Positions 32,557 to 41,793 are shown, counted from the stretch's first letter. The stretch is 64,000 nt of DNA from Mycobacteriales bacterium (GCA_038322925.1 JBBQGJ010000002.1:3544-67543), one strand, 5' to 3'. The notes: a model not told the origin generated them from the letters alone. Numbers and translations are program-made.

Positions 32557-33767
32557 CCACTACCCCGCGGACCACCACCTCGCGCCGGATCGTGTTTCTG
32601 GGAACGCACGGCCAATACAACATCGGGGACGAGTTGCTGCTGGAAACCTTCCTCACGCAGCTCGGACCCGAGCATCATTACGTGATCAACAGCTACGACC
32701 CCGACTTCACGCGCGAACAACTTGCCGGGCGCTTCGACGTCGAGGTGATCGACACCACTCGGGACCGAGTGCGACTCGCGCGAGAGCTGCTGCGGTGCGA
32801 TCTGCTCTGCTTCGGCGGAGGCAGCATCATCAAGGAGCTGTACGCATCTACGGGACGAAACCGCTACTCCACCATGGCGATGATCCTTGCGATCGTGACC
32901 TTCACCCATTGGATCGCCCGCAGGCCGATTGCGATGTTCAACATCGGCGTCGGTCCGGTGCGCAGCAAGCAGGGACACCGGCTCGCGAAACTGATCCTGT
33001 CGCAGGTCGACGAGCTCACGGTGCGAGACGAGAAATCCCATGCAACGTGCCGCGCTCTCGGCCTGGATCCGCTGCGGGCGACGGACGCGGTGTTCTCCGC
33101 CGACCGGCGTTGGCTGCTGGGTGACTGCGATACGACTGCGCCGCCGACGGCGAAGGTCACCCGCTCAGGTCCGCTGCGGGTTGCACTCAACCTGAATTAC
33201 GACATCGAGAATCCCGACAACTGGGAGCTGTTCCTCGAGCGCCTTGCAGCGGGACTCGACCAGGTGCACGCGAACCACCCCATCGAATTGCACGCGCTGC
33301 CAATGCAGGTCGGATTCAAGCAGCACGATGACCGGGAGATCCTCGACGAGTTTGCCGCTCGGGTGCCGGCGATACCGATGCATCGCCACGAGCTTCGCAC
33401 GCACGTCGATGCCGCCCGGCTGATCGAGAGTTGCGACCTGCTGGTCAGCGAACGACTTCATGCCATCGTGATGGCGTCAATCCTCGGAGTGCCGTCCTGC
33501 GTTCTGGCCTATGACGTCAAGGTGCGTGAGCTCGCCGGAATGCTCGGTCTCGCATCGTGGAGCACCGACATCAACGAGCCCTTCCTGGCGACGGAGTTCG
33601 CGGACCAGCTTTCTGCGCTGATCGAGCAGCGCGCGGATGTCGGCTCACAGGTGCGTGACCGCAGCGCCGCGCTCGGTGTTGAGGCACGGCGCAATTTTGA
33701 CGTGGCCAGGGACTGGGTCGCCGGAACCACGGCGAAGGCAGAGGCGAAGGCAAAGGCAAAGGCGTAA
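32553..33767 (+). CDS. polysaccharide pyruvyltransferase (CsaB/WcaK-like)
   Basis: NIGDELL, FGGGS, GVGP, TVRDEKS, RLHA, AYDVKV. Confidence 0.88.
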   Translation: MTTTPRTTTSRRIVFLGTHGQYNIGDELLLETFLTQLGPEHHYVINSYDPDFTREQLAGRFDVEVIDTTRDRVRLARELLRCDLLCFGGGSIIKELYASTGRNRYSTMAMILAIVTFTHWIARRPIAMFNIGVGPVRSKQGHRLAKLILSQVDELTVRDEKSHATCRALGLDPLRATDAVFSADRRWLLGDCDTTAPPTAKVTRSGPLRVALNLNYDIENPDNWELFLERLAAGLDQVHANHPIELHALPMQVGFKQHDDREILDEFAARVPAIPMHRHELRTHVDAARLIESCDLLVSERLHAIVMASILGVPSCVLAYDVKVRELAGMLGLASWSTDINEPFLATEFADQLSALIEQRADVGSQVRDRSAALGVEARRNFDVARDWVAGTTAKAEAKAKAKA

Positions 33768-33923
33768 ATGAGCCTCGACGCGGCGCGTGAAGTGGACTGA
33801 TCGGTGTAGCAATGAGGGGTGAATGGCCGCTGATCAAATCTGGCGAAATTAGCGGCTCGAGCACTGGTCGGACGTAACAGCTGCGGCTGGCCTGGGAATT
33901 GTTTCAGCTCGGAGGGAATCGGT

Positions 33924-34901
33924 ATGTCCAGCGGTGCACGGTGGAATGTCGGAGCCTGGATTGTCGGAGCCTGGGGACTCGCCGTCGGCATGGCGGCGGT
34001 CGGGCTCGTCAGACTGTCCCGGACGCAGCGCCACCCGGTGCTGATCGGCGTCGCAGGGATCGGGATGCGCCTGCTGGTCCCGGCGTATCCGTTGACCGTC
34101 GCCGCGGTGGTGAAGCGGAAGTGGTGGCTGGCGGCCGTGGCCGCTGTGCTGTCTGCGGGCAACGTGGCCTGGCTCAGCCGGCAGTACGAGAGCGGACACC
34201 AGCGGTGCGCTCCGCCGCGCGCTGCGACTTTGCGGTTGATTTCCGCCAACATGCTTTTCAACAATCGCGATGTCGGCACTCTCGGCCGCGACCTGACGGC
34301 GACGGATGCGGACGTCATCCTCCTGCAGGAGGTGAGCATGGAGAATTTCGCCAAACTCCGGATGAGCGGACTCTTCGAGGCCTACCCCTATCAGGTCTGG
34401 AACGACCTGCGCACGATCTACAGTTCGGCGATCCTGTCCCGGCTGCCGATCACGAACGAAAAGGCCATCGACGTGGCGGGCCAGCGGATGGGTCAGGCCG
34501 CCGTCGCGACCGCGGCAGGAACGGTCCGGCTGATCAACGTGCACACCATGGCGCCGGAGAGCACGCCGAAAGCTGCGCAATGGCGGGCACAGTTGGCTGG
34601 TCTTGCCCAACTGCGCGATGACAGGTTCCGCGCGGTGATCATGGCCGGGGACTTCAACGCAACCAGCGACCATGCGCCATTTCAGGAGTTGACCAGCTCC
34701 GGTCTGCGTGATGCCTTCGTTGAAGCCGGCCGCGGAACCGGTGCGACCTGGCCGCAATGGAAGGGCCCGGTCATGCCGCTGATGCGGCTCGATCATGTGC
34801 TTGTCGACGATGGCGTGATCGTCACGAGAGCCGAAGTACAGGCGAACCGAGGCAGCGATCACCGCCGACTGGCCGTCGATCTGGCATGGCCGGTGCCGTA
34901 A
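33924..34901 (+). CDS. membrane-anchored EEP protein, paralog 2
   Basis: Same motifs as 28014-29042 (LQEV, AGDFNA, GATWPQ, MRLDHV, GSDHRRL). Confidence 0.85.
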   Translation: MSSGARWNVGAWIVGAWGLAVGMAAVGLVRLSRTQRHPVLIGVAGIGMRLLVPAYPLTVAAVVKRKWWLAAVAAVLSAGNVAWLSRQYESGHQRCAPPRAATLRLISANMLFNNRDVGTLGRDLTATDADVILLQEVSMENFAKLRMSGLFEAYPYQVWNDLRTIYSSAILSRLPITNEKAIDVAGQRMGQAAVATAAGTVRLINVHTMAPESTPKAAQWRAQLAGLAQLRDDRFRAVIMAGDFNATSDHAPFQELTSSGLRDAFVEAGRGTGATWPQWKGPVMPLMRLDHVLVDDGVIVTRAEVQANRGSDHRRLAVDLAWPVP

Positions 34902-34945
34902 GAATGCAGTTGATTGCAGTTCGGTCCGCTTCAGATCGATTCGGT

Positions 34946-36037
34946 TCAGTGTGGCGCCGAGAACCGGATTCCGTTGTCCGGCAATACGATTCCCGGCCAC
35001 AGGCGGGCACCGTGCAGCAATTCGCAGCCAGCGCCGACGACCGCTCGGTCGCCGATCACCGCATTGACCACTACCGCGCCGGCGCCGACACGCGCGCCCC
35101 TTCCGACGACAGAGCCGTCAACTCTGGCGCCCGCCCCGATGACGGCGTCGTCGAAGATCACTGATTTGTTCAGGTGCGCACCGGGTCCTACGACAGCCCG
35201 GGTACCAACGGTCACTCCACCGGTCAGCACGGCGTCGTAGGCGATGTCCGACCCAGGCAGGCTCGGATGCTCGCAGTCGTGAGTCGCAGCCTTCGGCAGG
35301 GCAGCGGTCGGAGCGACGCCGGCGACCAGGTCGGTCGAGCCCTGGACGAACGCAGCGGGTGTGCCCAGGTCGAGCCAGTACGAACGGTCCACGTGGCCGA
35401 AGACGCGGGCACCGGCCCGCAACAGACCGGGAAAGGTCTCGCGCTCGACGGAGACCGGCCGATCCGCGGGGATGCCTGCTATCACCGACCGGCGGAAGAT
35501 GTAGCAACCGGCGTTGATCTGGTCCGTGGCGGGCGTCTTGGTGGTCTTTTCCAGGAATGCCTGTACCCGGCCGTCCGTGGCGGTCGGCACCGAGCCGAAT
35601 GGTCTCGGATCCGCAACTCGTACGAGATGAAGCGTGACATCGGCCTTGATTTCCCTGTGCGTCCGCTGCAGGCCGGCAAGGTCGACACCGGAGAGGATGT
35701 CGCCGTTGAAGATCAGCACTTCGTCGGCGCGCAGGCGTTCGTAGACGATTCGGATTGCCCCGCCGGTTCCCAACGGTTCGTCCTCGACCACGTACTCGAT
35801 CTCCAAGCCGAAGCCCGAGCCGTCGCCGAAGTGCTCGGTGAAGGTCTCCGCTCGGTACGAGGTTCCCAGGACCACATGGGTGATCCCGGCCTGGCTGATC
35901 CGGGAGAGCAGATGGTCGAGAAACAGCACCCCTGCCGTCGGCAGCATCGGCTTGGGTGTCGTCAGGGTCAGCGGCCGCAGCCGAGTTCCCTGACCGCCGA
36001 CCAGTACCACTGCGTCAGCGGTCGGTGCTGTACTCAT
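34946..36037 (-). CDS. mannose-1-phosphate guanylyltransferase
   Basis: LVGGQGTRLRPLT..PKPM, EPLGTGG, FNGD, WLDLGTP, C-terminal hexapeptide repeats. Confidence 0.9.
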   Translation of the reverse strand: MSTAPTADAVVLVGGQGTRLRPLTLTTPKPMLPTAGVLFLDHLLSRISQAGITHVVLGTSYRAETFTEHFGDGSGFGLEIEYVVEDEPLGTGGAIRIVYERLRADEVLIFNGDILSGVDLAGLQRTHREIKADVTLHLVRVADPRPFGSVPTATDGRVQAFLEKTTKTPATDQINAGCYIFRRSVIAGIPADRPVSVERETFPGLLRAGARVFGHVDRSYWLDLGTPAAFVQGSTDLVAGVAPTAALPKAATHDCEHPSLPGSDIAYDAVLTGGVTVGTRAVVGPGAHLNKSVIFDDAVIGAGARVDGSVVGRGARVGAGAVVVNAVIGDRAVVGAGCELLHGARLWPGIVLPDNGIRFSAPH

Positions 36038-36047
36038 CTCGTCCCTC

Positions 36048-36737
36048 TCATGCGGCCACGGATCCCGCGGTCGGCAGTCCATCGGTGGCTCGGGACACCG
36101 TGCCATGGCCCGAGATCGACGTGCCTTCCTCCGCTGCGGGAATCCACAACGACCGACCTCGGGGCACATCGAGCGCGCGGCCGGCGGCATCGGTGGCGGT
36201 GATCACGCCGTCGACGACCAGCAGGATCTGCGGCCCGCGGTAATCGAGGGGATGACTGACGCCGGTCAGTTCCATCCGGGACAGCCGGAATTCCGGGGAA
36301 CCCACACAGTGCATGAAACCGGGTCAGGGCGCAGATCAGCTCGGGTTTGTGCGATGGATCCTTGCAGTTGCGCACTGGGGATTCCAGTGGCACTCCGGCC
36401 GCGTTCTCTCTCGCGAATCCCGCCACAGCCTGTCGACTCGACGGGTGAGCCTGCAGGGACAACGGGGCGTCCGCCGCCAGAACCTTGAGCAGAAACGGAA
36501 GCCGTGGCCCGAACCGGCGCGCGACGTGTGCGCCCACGGTGCCGACCGGATCGAGCGATATCGCCTCGTCCAGTGTGCTGCCTCCCGCGGATCGTCCAGC
36601 CCGGACGGATCTGCCGGGTGGGCGCCGATCCATACCTCGGCCTCCGGCTCCGTCCGCGCGGGTCGCCCCAGCAAGGCGGCGATTACCGTCTTCGAACCCC
36701 AGGCGTACGGCCGGACGGCATTGCGCATGAGCTGCAT
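36048..36737 (-). pseudogene. manA: mannose-6-phosphate isomerase pseudogene
   Basis: YAWGS, WIGAHP; frameshift to LPFLLKVL..LSLQAHP..HKPE; ALCGF joined out of frame to C-terminal PEFRLSR (large internal deletion near 36295). Confidence 0.88.
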
Positions 36738-36948
36738 TACAGCTTCCCGCCCGGCGGGTTTCCAATGCAGGCGAAATGCATCGGCACTGCCGCGAGTTGC
36801 GCACCATCGTCGACCACGTTATTTCCCCCGGCGGAATGCATCACGGAATACGTCACAATCAATGGTCGCCGGTCACCACGCATTTCCGCGGGAATAGCCG
36901 ATGAAATGACCGTCCGGGTGTGCGGTGGGTGTGCGGATCGACGCTGAT

Positions 36949-39264
36949 TCACCCCATTGTGCCGGCTGTGACCACCGGTCGCCGGTCGCCGGCGCGTTCT
37001 CGATCGATCCGCGTCGGGTGGCCGTCACTGACTCCGGTCAGCAGCGTGCCGAGGGCGGCCAGCGTCACCGGTTTGCTCAGGTATCCATCCATGCCGGCGG
37101 ACAGCAGGCGCTCGCGATCGCCCTCCAGCGCGGTGGCGGTCAGCGCGACGATTGTCGGCCGCCTGCCCTGTCCGGCGAGCCGGTGGATCTCGGCGGTCGC
37201 GGCGACCCCGTCCATCCTCGGCATGTGCACATCCATCAACACCAGGTCGTAGTCGCCCTCCAGCGCGGCTTCCACCGCCTGCTTGCCGTCCTCGGCAACG
37301 TCAGCGGTGACCCCGAGCCGGCTCAGCATCCGTAGCGCGACCATCCGGTTGGTCGCATCGTCCTCGGCCAGCAGCACCCGCAGAGTGGACAACTCTTCCG
37401 GCGCGGGGATCGTGGATGTCCGGGGTCGGGGGACGGTATCGCCGGTGAGTGCGACGGGGACGGTGAAGGTGAAGCATGATCCCTTGCCCACCTCGCTGTG
37501 CAATTCCAGGTCGCCGTTCAGATGATGGGCGATGAGCCGACAGATCGACAGGCCCAAACCGGTTCCGCCGTACTTGCGCGTCGTCGACGCGTCGACCTGG
37601 GTGAAGGGCTGGAAGATCCGTTCCTGCCGATCGGCGGAGATTCCGATACCCGTGTCCTGGACGGCGATCCGCAACGCGAACCCGCCGTTGGTGTCCGGCG
37701 CGTCGACGTCCCGGGTCATCCCGACATGCATCTGCACGCCCCCGCGGGTGGTGAACTTCAGCGCATTGCTCACCAGATTGAGCATCACCTGGCGGATGCG
37801 GTTCTCGTCGCCGAAGACGGTGGGCGGAACATCGTCCGCGACGTCGTAGGCCAATTCCAGCCCGCTGCCGGTGGCCGTGGTCAGGAACATGGCGTGCACG
37901 TCGTTCATCAGCCCGCGGACCGAGAACCCGCGGGTTTCCACCTCGATCTTCCCCGATTCCAGGGCGGAGAAATCGAGAATGTCGTTGATCAGCGCGAGCA
38001 GCAGGTTGCCGCTGCGCTGCGCCGTCGCGACGTAGCCGGCCTGTTCGGAGTCGAGGTCGGTGTCCTGCAGGAGCGCGGTGACGCCGAGGACGGCATTCAG
38101 CGGGGTGCGGATCTCGTGGCTCATGGTGGCCAGGAAGCTGGCCTTCTCCTCGGCCAGGCTCAGCGCGGTATCGGTTGCTTGGCGCAGGGTTTCCTCCGTG
38201 CGCCGCCGATCGGTCACGTCGGTCTCGATGGCGATGAATCGCGTCACCCTGCCGGCGTCGTCGCGGACCGGGTGGGCCTCGATGTGCACCCAGTATTCGC
38301 GGCCGTCCGCGGCCTGATTGAGGATTTCCACGGTGAATCCGGTGCCCTGCGCGACGGCCTCGCGCATGATCCGAACGGTCTCAGGGTCGGTGTTCGGTCC
38401 CTGCAGCACGTCCCCGGGTCGGCGTCCCTTGACCTCGTCGAGTGAGTAGCCGGTGGTGCGGACGAAGGCTTCGTTCACCCACTCGATCTCGCCGGCCACA
38501 TTGGTGATGACGACAAGGTTATCGGTGGCGTGGACGACCATGGCATGGGTCTGCAGCTCCTCGTTCAGCGCGACCAATTTCGCCGAGGCGGCTTCCCGTT
38601 GCCGGAGCGAGCGGCGGGAGGCGATCGCCGCCACCGCCATGAACAGCAGGAACAGCGCCACGGTGATGCCGAGGGCGATCATCAGCATCCCGGTCTCCGA
38701 CAACAGCTCCTGGGTCTCCTGATTCGCCTTGCCTGCTCTGACCTTTCGGCTGATCTCGCCGTCGCTCACCAGCTGGTTGTAGTCCTTCTCGAGCATCACC
38801 ACCAGCCCGGCGGCAGCGGCCAGTTTGGCAGAATCGCCTGCAGCGAAAGCCGTGTCGAGCACCGGGCGAACGTCCGTCTTCCACCGTAAGGCCAGCGCAC
38901 GCGAGCGATCCAGCAATTCCTCCGAGCCGAGGGTCTGGCCCTGGTAGGGCAACGCGCCCTCCTGTGTCCGCTGGTCGACGAACGCCTCCTCCAGGGCCAG
39001 CGCGGTCGGATCCACCGGCGTGGCGGCCAGCAGCACCTGCAGACGGAGCAACTCCCGCTGGACCTGGCCGAGGGTGCGAACGTTGGAGTCGACGGCCTCC
39101 TGGGTGTAGGCGACGTTGCTCTGCAGCGATCGGGCCTGGTCAAGAGCGAGCACGCCGATGGTGACCGTGGCGGCCAGCATCAACACCGACAGTCCCAGCA
39201 GCACGGTGCCCACGCCCCTGGTAGCGGCGAGCCGCCGGACGGTACGCCGTGCGCGCGCGATCAT
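36949..39264 (-). CDS. hybrid sensor kinase (2 TM, extracytoplasmic helical domain, PAS, HisKA, HATPase, REC)
   Basis: FLATMSHEIRTPLN, NLVSNALKFT, DTGIG, GGTGLGL, LMDVHMPRMDG. Confidence 0.92.
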   Translation of the reverse strand: MIARARRTVRRLAATRGVGTVLLGLSVLMLAATVTIGVLALDQARSLQSNVAYTQEAVDSNVRTLGQVQRELLRLQVLLAATPVDPTALALEEAFVDQRTQEGALPYQGQTLGSEELLDRSRALALRWKTDVRPVLDTAFAAGDSAKLAAAAGLVVMLEKDYNQLVSDGEISRKVRAGKANQETQELLSETGMLMIALGITVALFLLFMAVAAIASRRSLRQREAASAKLVALNEELQTHAMVVHATDNLVVITNVAGEIEWVNEAFVRTTGYSLDEVKGRRPGDVLQGPNTDPETVRIMREAVAQGTGFTVEILNQAADGREYWVHIEAHPVRDDAGRVTRFIAIETDVTDRRRTEETLRQATDTALSLAEEKASFLATMSHEIRTPLNAVLGVTALLQDTDLDSEQAGYVATAQRSGNLLLALINDILDFSALESGKIEVETRGFSVRGLMNDVHAMFLTTATGSGLELAYDVADDVPPTVFGDENRIRQVMLNLVSNALKFTTRGGVQMHVGMTRDVDAPDTNGGFALRIAVQDTGIGISADRQERIFQPFTQVDASTTRKYGGTGLGLSICRLIAHHLNGDLELHSEVGKGSCFTFTVPVALTGDTVPRPRTSTIPAPEELSTLRVLLAEDDATNRMVALRMLSRLGVTADVAEDGKQAVEAALEGDYDLVLMDVHMPRMDGVAATAEIHRLAGQGRRPTIVALTATALEGDRERLLSAGMDGYLSKPVTLAALGTLLTGVSDGHPTRIDRERAGDRRPVVTAGTMG

Positions 39265-39974
39265 GCCACGTCCACCGTGGACAGCTGCCAGATCCTGCGC
39301 GGGTCGTAGACGGTCGGGTCGAGGTTGTACCCGGTGGTGGGGTAGATGACGCGGATCGGCCCGTAATGCGCCACCGACATCGGCTGCCCGTCGAGCCGGG
39401 TCGCCAGCAGCACCGGCAGATCGCGGATGTCGGAGACCGGTAGGTCAACCGCATAGTCGTTGAGCGCAGCGGTGTGCACCGTGGTCTCGGGTTGGGCACC
39501 GATCTCGGTCAGCAGGTCGGCGACCAGCACACCACGGAAGGTGGCATCCCGGCCTTCTGCCTCCCGGTCGTTGACCGTGCATTCCACCTGCGGCATGGCA
39601 TCCAGTTGCGCCAGATCGAGGGTGACGGGCGCGGCGCGATCGGGAGCGAACCGGCCGCTGACGGTCAGCACCGCCGGTCCGGCGGTACCGGTGGTGACCG
39701 GGTCGGATGTCTGGGTGAAGGAGGTCGATGCCGGCGGGACGGGCCGGCAGCCGCCCTTGGCCAGCCGCTCCGTGCGGGCGGCGTCGGCGACAGGTCCGTT
39801 GCTGGAGTCAGCCGAGCCGCCGGAGCCGCCGACGGAACCTGACGAGTAGGCGGAGTACGGCGCGGCGGCGGTCGATGGCGCCTCGGCCGTCTGCCCGGTC
39901 GCCCCGGCGCACGCGTTGGCAGTGGTCAGGGCCAGCAGACACGCGATGGCTCCCGCGATGTGGAGTCTTCTCAT
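39261..39974 (-). CDS. secreted Oxidored_molyb-fold protein, PruR-like putative pterin receptor
   Basis: Signal/lipoprotein-like N-terminus, Ser/Gly linker, LTVSG, FRGV, ALNDY, GPIRVIYP, RIWQL; ATGA overlap with the kinase. Confidence 0.75.
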   Translation of the reverse strand: MRRLHIAGAIACLLALTTANACAGATGQTAEAPSTAAAPYSAYSSGSVGGSGGSADSSNGPVADAARTERLAKGGCRPVPPASTSFTQTSDPVTTGTAGPAVLTVSGRFAPDRAAPVTLDLAQLDAMPQVECTVNDREAEGRDATFRGVLVADLLTEIGAQPETTVHTAALNDYAVDLPVSDIRDLPVLLATRLDGQPMSVAHYGPIRVIYPTTGYNLDPTVYDPRRIWQLSTVDVA

Positions 39975-39997
39975 GGGTACAGCACACCGTGCGGCTG

Positions 39998-40036
39998 CCA
40001 AGATCCCGTCCGGGCAACGTCAAGATCTGATCAAGG
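39998..40036 (-). promoter_or_regulatory. CAAG repeats at 22- and 11-bp spacing in the divergent promoter
   Basis: CAAG at 39999, 40021, 40032; reverse complement CCTTGATCAGATCTTGAC matches the 20960 motif. Confidence 0.45.
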
Positions 40037-40075
40037 AAGGCCATTGCGCGCGATCGTGCGGGGCAAGATGGAGCG

Positions 40076-40438
40076 ATGACCACCGTTCTGGATGCCGACC
40101 GCCTGGCCGCCCTCGGCGACGATCTCGGCGAGGCCGAGTTCGTCGAGCAGACCCTGCGGATCTACCTGGGTGAGCTCCCCAAGCGGCAGGCGGCCATGAA
40201 CGCCGCCCTGCGCGCCGACGACCGCAGCGCCATGAGCGGGGTGGCGCACAGCCTGAAATCGGCCAGCGCGCTGTTCGGTGCGTATGAGGTTGAAGGGATC
40301 TGTCGGACCGTGGAGTTGCAGGCTCCAACCCTGAACGAGTTGGACCTGGCCAGCGCGGTCGACGAATTGAACGCGGCGTGTGATCGGGTTCGCACCGCCA
40401 TGATCGGCTGGCTCGAGGCTCAGGGGTCGAACCGGTAG
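40076..40438 (+). CDS. Hpt histidine phosphotransfer protein
   Basis: AHSLKSASALFGA Hpt signature, 120 aa helical. Confidence 0.9.
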   Translation: MTTVLDADRLAALGDDLGEAEFVEQTLRIYLGELPKRQAAMNAALRADDRSAMSGVAHSLKSASALFGAYEVEGICRTVELQAPTLNELDLASAVDELNAACDRVRTAMIGWLEAQGSNR

Positions 40439-41103
40439 CCGACCCCTCGCACCGTCTTGATGTGCTTCGGACTGCTCGCCGGTTCGCCGATCTTCCGCCG
40501 CAGGTTCGCCAGGTGCACGTCGACCACGTGGTCGTCGCCGAACCAATCCTCGCCCCACACCTGAGCCAGCAATGCCCGCCGACTGAACGCGCGACGCGGG
40601 GCACGGGCCAGGGTGTCCAGCAGGTCGAACTCGATCCTGGTGAGATCGATCAACTCCTCGCCGACCCGGACCTCCCGCGCCATGGGGTCGAGCACCAGGT
40701 CACCGAAGTCGAACATCGGCGACTTCGTCGCAGTCTGCCGCGGCCTTCGTCGCATGGCCTTGATCCGCATGGCTACTTCCTGCACCGAGAACGGCTTGGT
40801 GACGTAGTCGTCGGCGCCGACCGCCAGCCCCAACACCCTGTCGAACTCCTCGATGCGGGCCGTCAGCATGATCACGTACGCGTCGGAGAATTCCCTGATC
40901 TTCCGGCAGACCTCGAGGCCGTCCATGCTCGGCAGGTTGATGTCGAGCAGCACCAGTTCCGGTGAGTGCGAGCGCGCCAGCCGCACCGCGTCCGCTCCGT
41001 CGCGCGCGACCGTCACCTGGTAGCCCTCGTTTTCCAGCAGCCGGCTGCCGATCGCGACAAACTCCTCGGTGTCCTCCACCAGCAGGGCGCGGTGGTGTCT
41101 CAT
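40420..41103 (-). CDS. OmpR/PhoB-family response regulator
   Basis: LLDINLP, GADDYVTKPF, VDVHLANLRRK, TVRGVGY. Confidence 0.93.
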   Translation of the reverse strand: MRHHRALLVEDTEEFVAIGSRLLENEGYQVTVARDGADAVRLARSHSPELVLLDINLPSMDGLEVCRKIREFSDAYVIMLTARIEEFDRVLGLAVGADDYVTKPFSVQEVAMRIKAMRRRPRQTATKSPMFDFGDLVLDPMAREVRVGEELIDLTRIEFDLLDTLARAPRRAFSRRALLAQVWGEDWFGDDHVVDVHLANLRRKIGEPASSPKHIKTVRGVGYRFDP

Positions 41104-41357
41104 CTGACGTACTCATCCGGCGACATGGACGACGAACCCCCCAGCTGATGATCCTCTCTGCGGAGAGTATCCGCACGGTCCACTGCGGGTGGGCACTGCC
41201 GACGATGCAGCGGCTGTCCGGGGACGACGCGACGCCGGTCGAACCCCCGGGGAACCCCGGCCCGACGCGAGAAGCACATCACCAGCATCCGTTGAGGGCG
41301 GGGGTCCACTCTCATCGACAGCAGGGCAAAGAGCCCCACCGAGCAAAGGAGCAGGAA

Positions 41358-41507
41358 ATGAACACCACCACAGCGAGAATCAAGGGCCTTCATTCCCGGA
41401 AAGGCACCGGAGAAAGTCCTGGTGCAAAGCATCCGGTGCGCCGTTTGATCGCCGGATCCTTCCTGGTGGTGATTTCCGCCGTGCTGACAGCTATGTCGAT
41501 CGACTGA
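41358..41507 (+). CDS. small 49-aa protein with C-terminal hydrophobic segment
   Basis: AAGGAGCAGGAA RBS before ATG; basic N-terminus then LIAGSFLVVISAVLTAM. Confidence 0.45.
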   Translation: MNTTTARIKGLHSRKGTGESPGAKHPVRRLIAGSFLVVISAVLTAMSID

Positions 41508-41779
41508 TGAAGGTGAAGGACTTTCAACACCGACAAGTTGACCGGCAAGGCCGGGCACGGCTACCAGGCACTGTTTCAGGTCGACTACTGGACCGGAAAG
41601 AGCAATGTCGCCAACATCCCGTAGACGTACACACAGTGGATCAAGAAGGCCGGATACTCCTTTCCGCAGGAGGTGACCTACCGCAGCCTCTGATTCAGCC
41701 TGATTCAGCCTCTGATTTCCGACAGTCCGTGACGGGCTCCCGCCGACCTCACCGGTCAGCGGGAGCCCTTTCCTGGCCC

Positions 41780-41793
41780 GGGACGTTCGTCCC
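41780..41793. promoter_or_regulatory. DosR/DevR-box-like palindrome
   Basis: GGGAC-GTTC-GTCCC about 130 bp upstream of the glycoside hydrolase. Confidence 0.4.

Noticed and set aside
38380-38440. LOV photoreceptor in the hybrid kinase PAS domain
   Set aside because: Reads GRRPGDVLQG and lacks the Cys of the GRNCRFLQ motif
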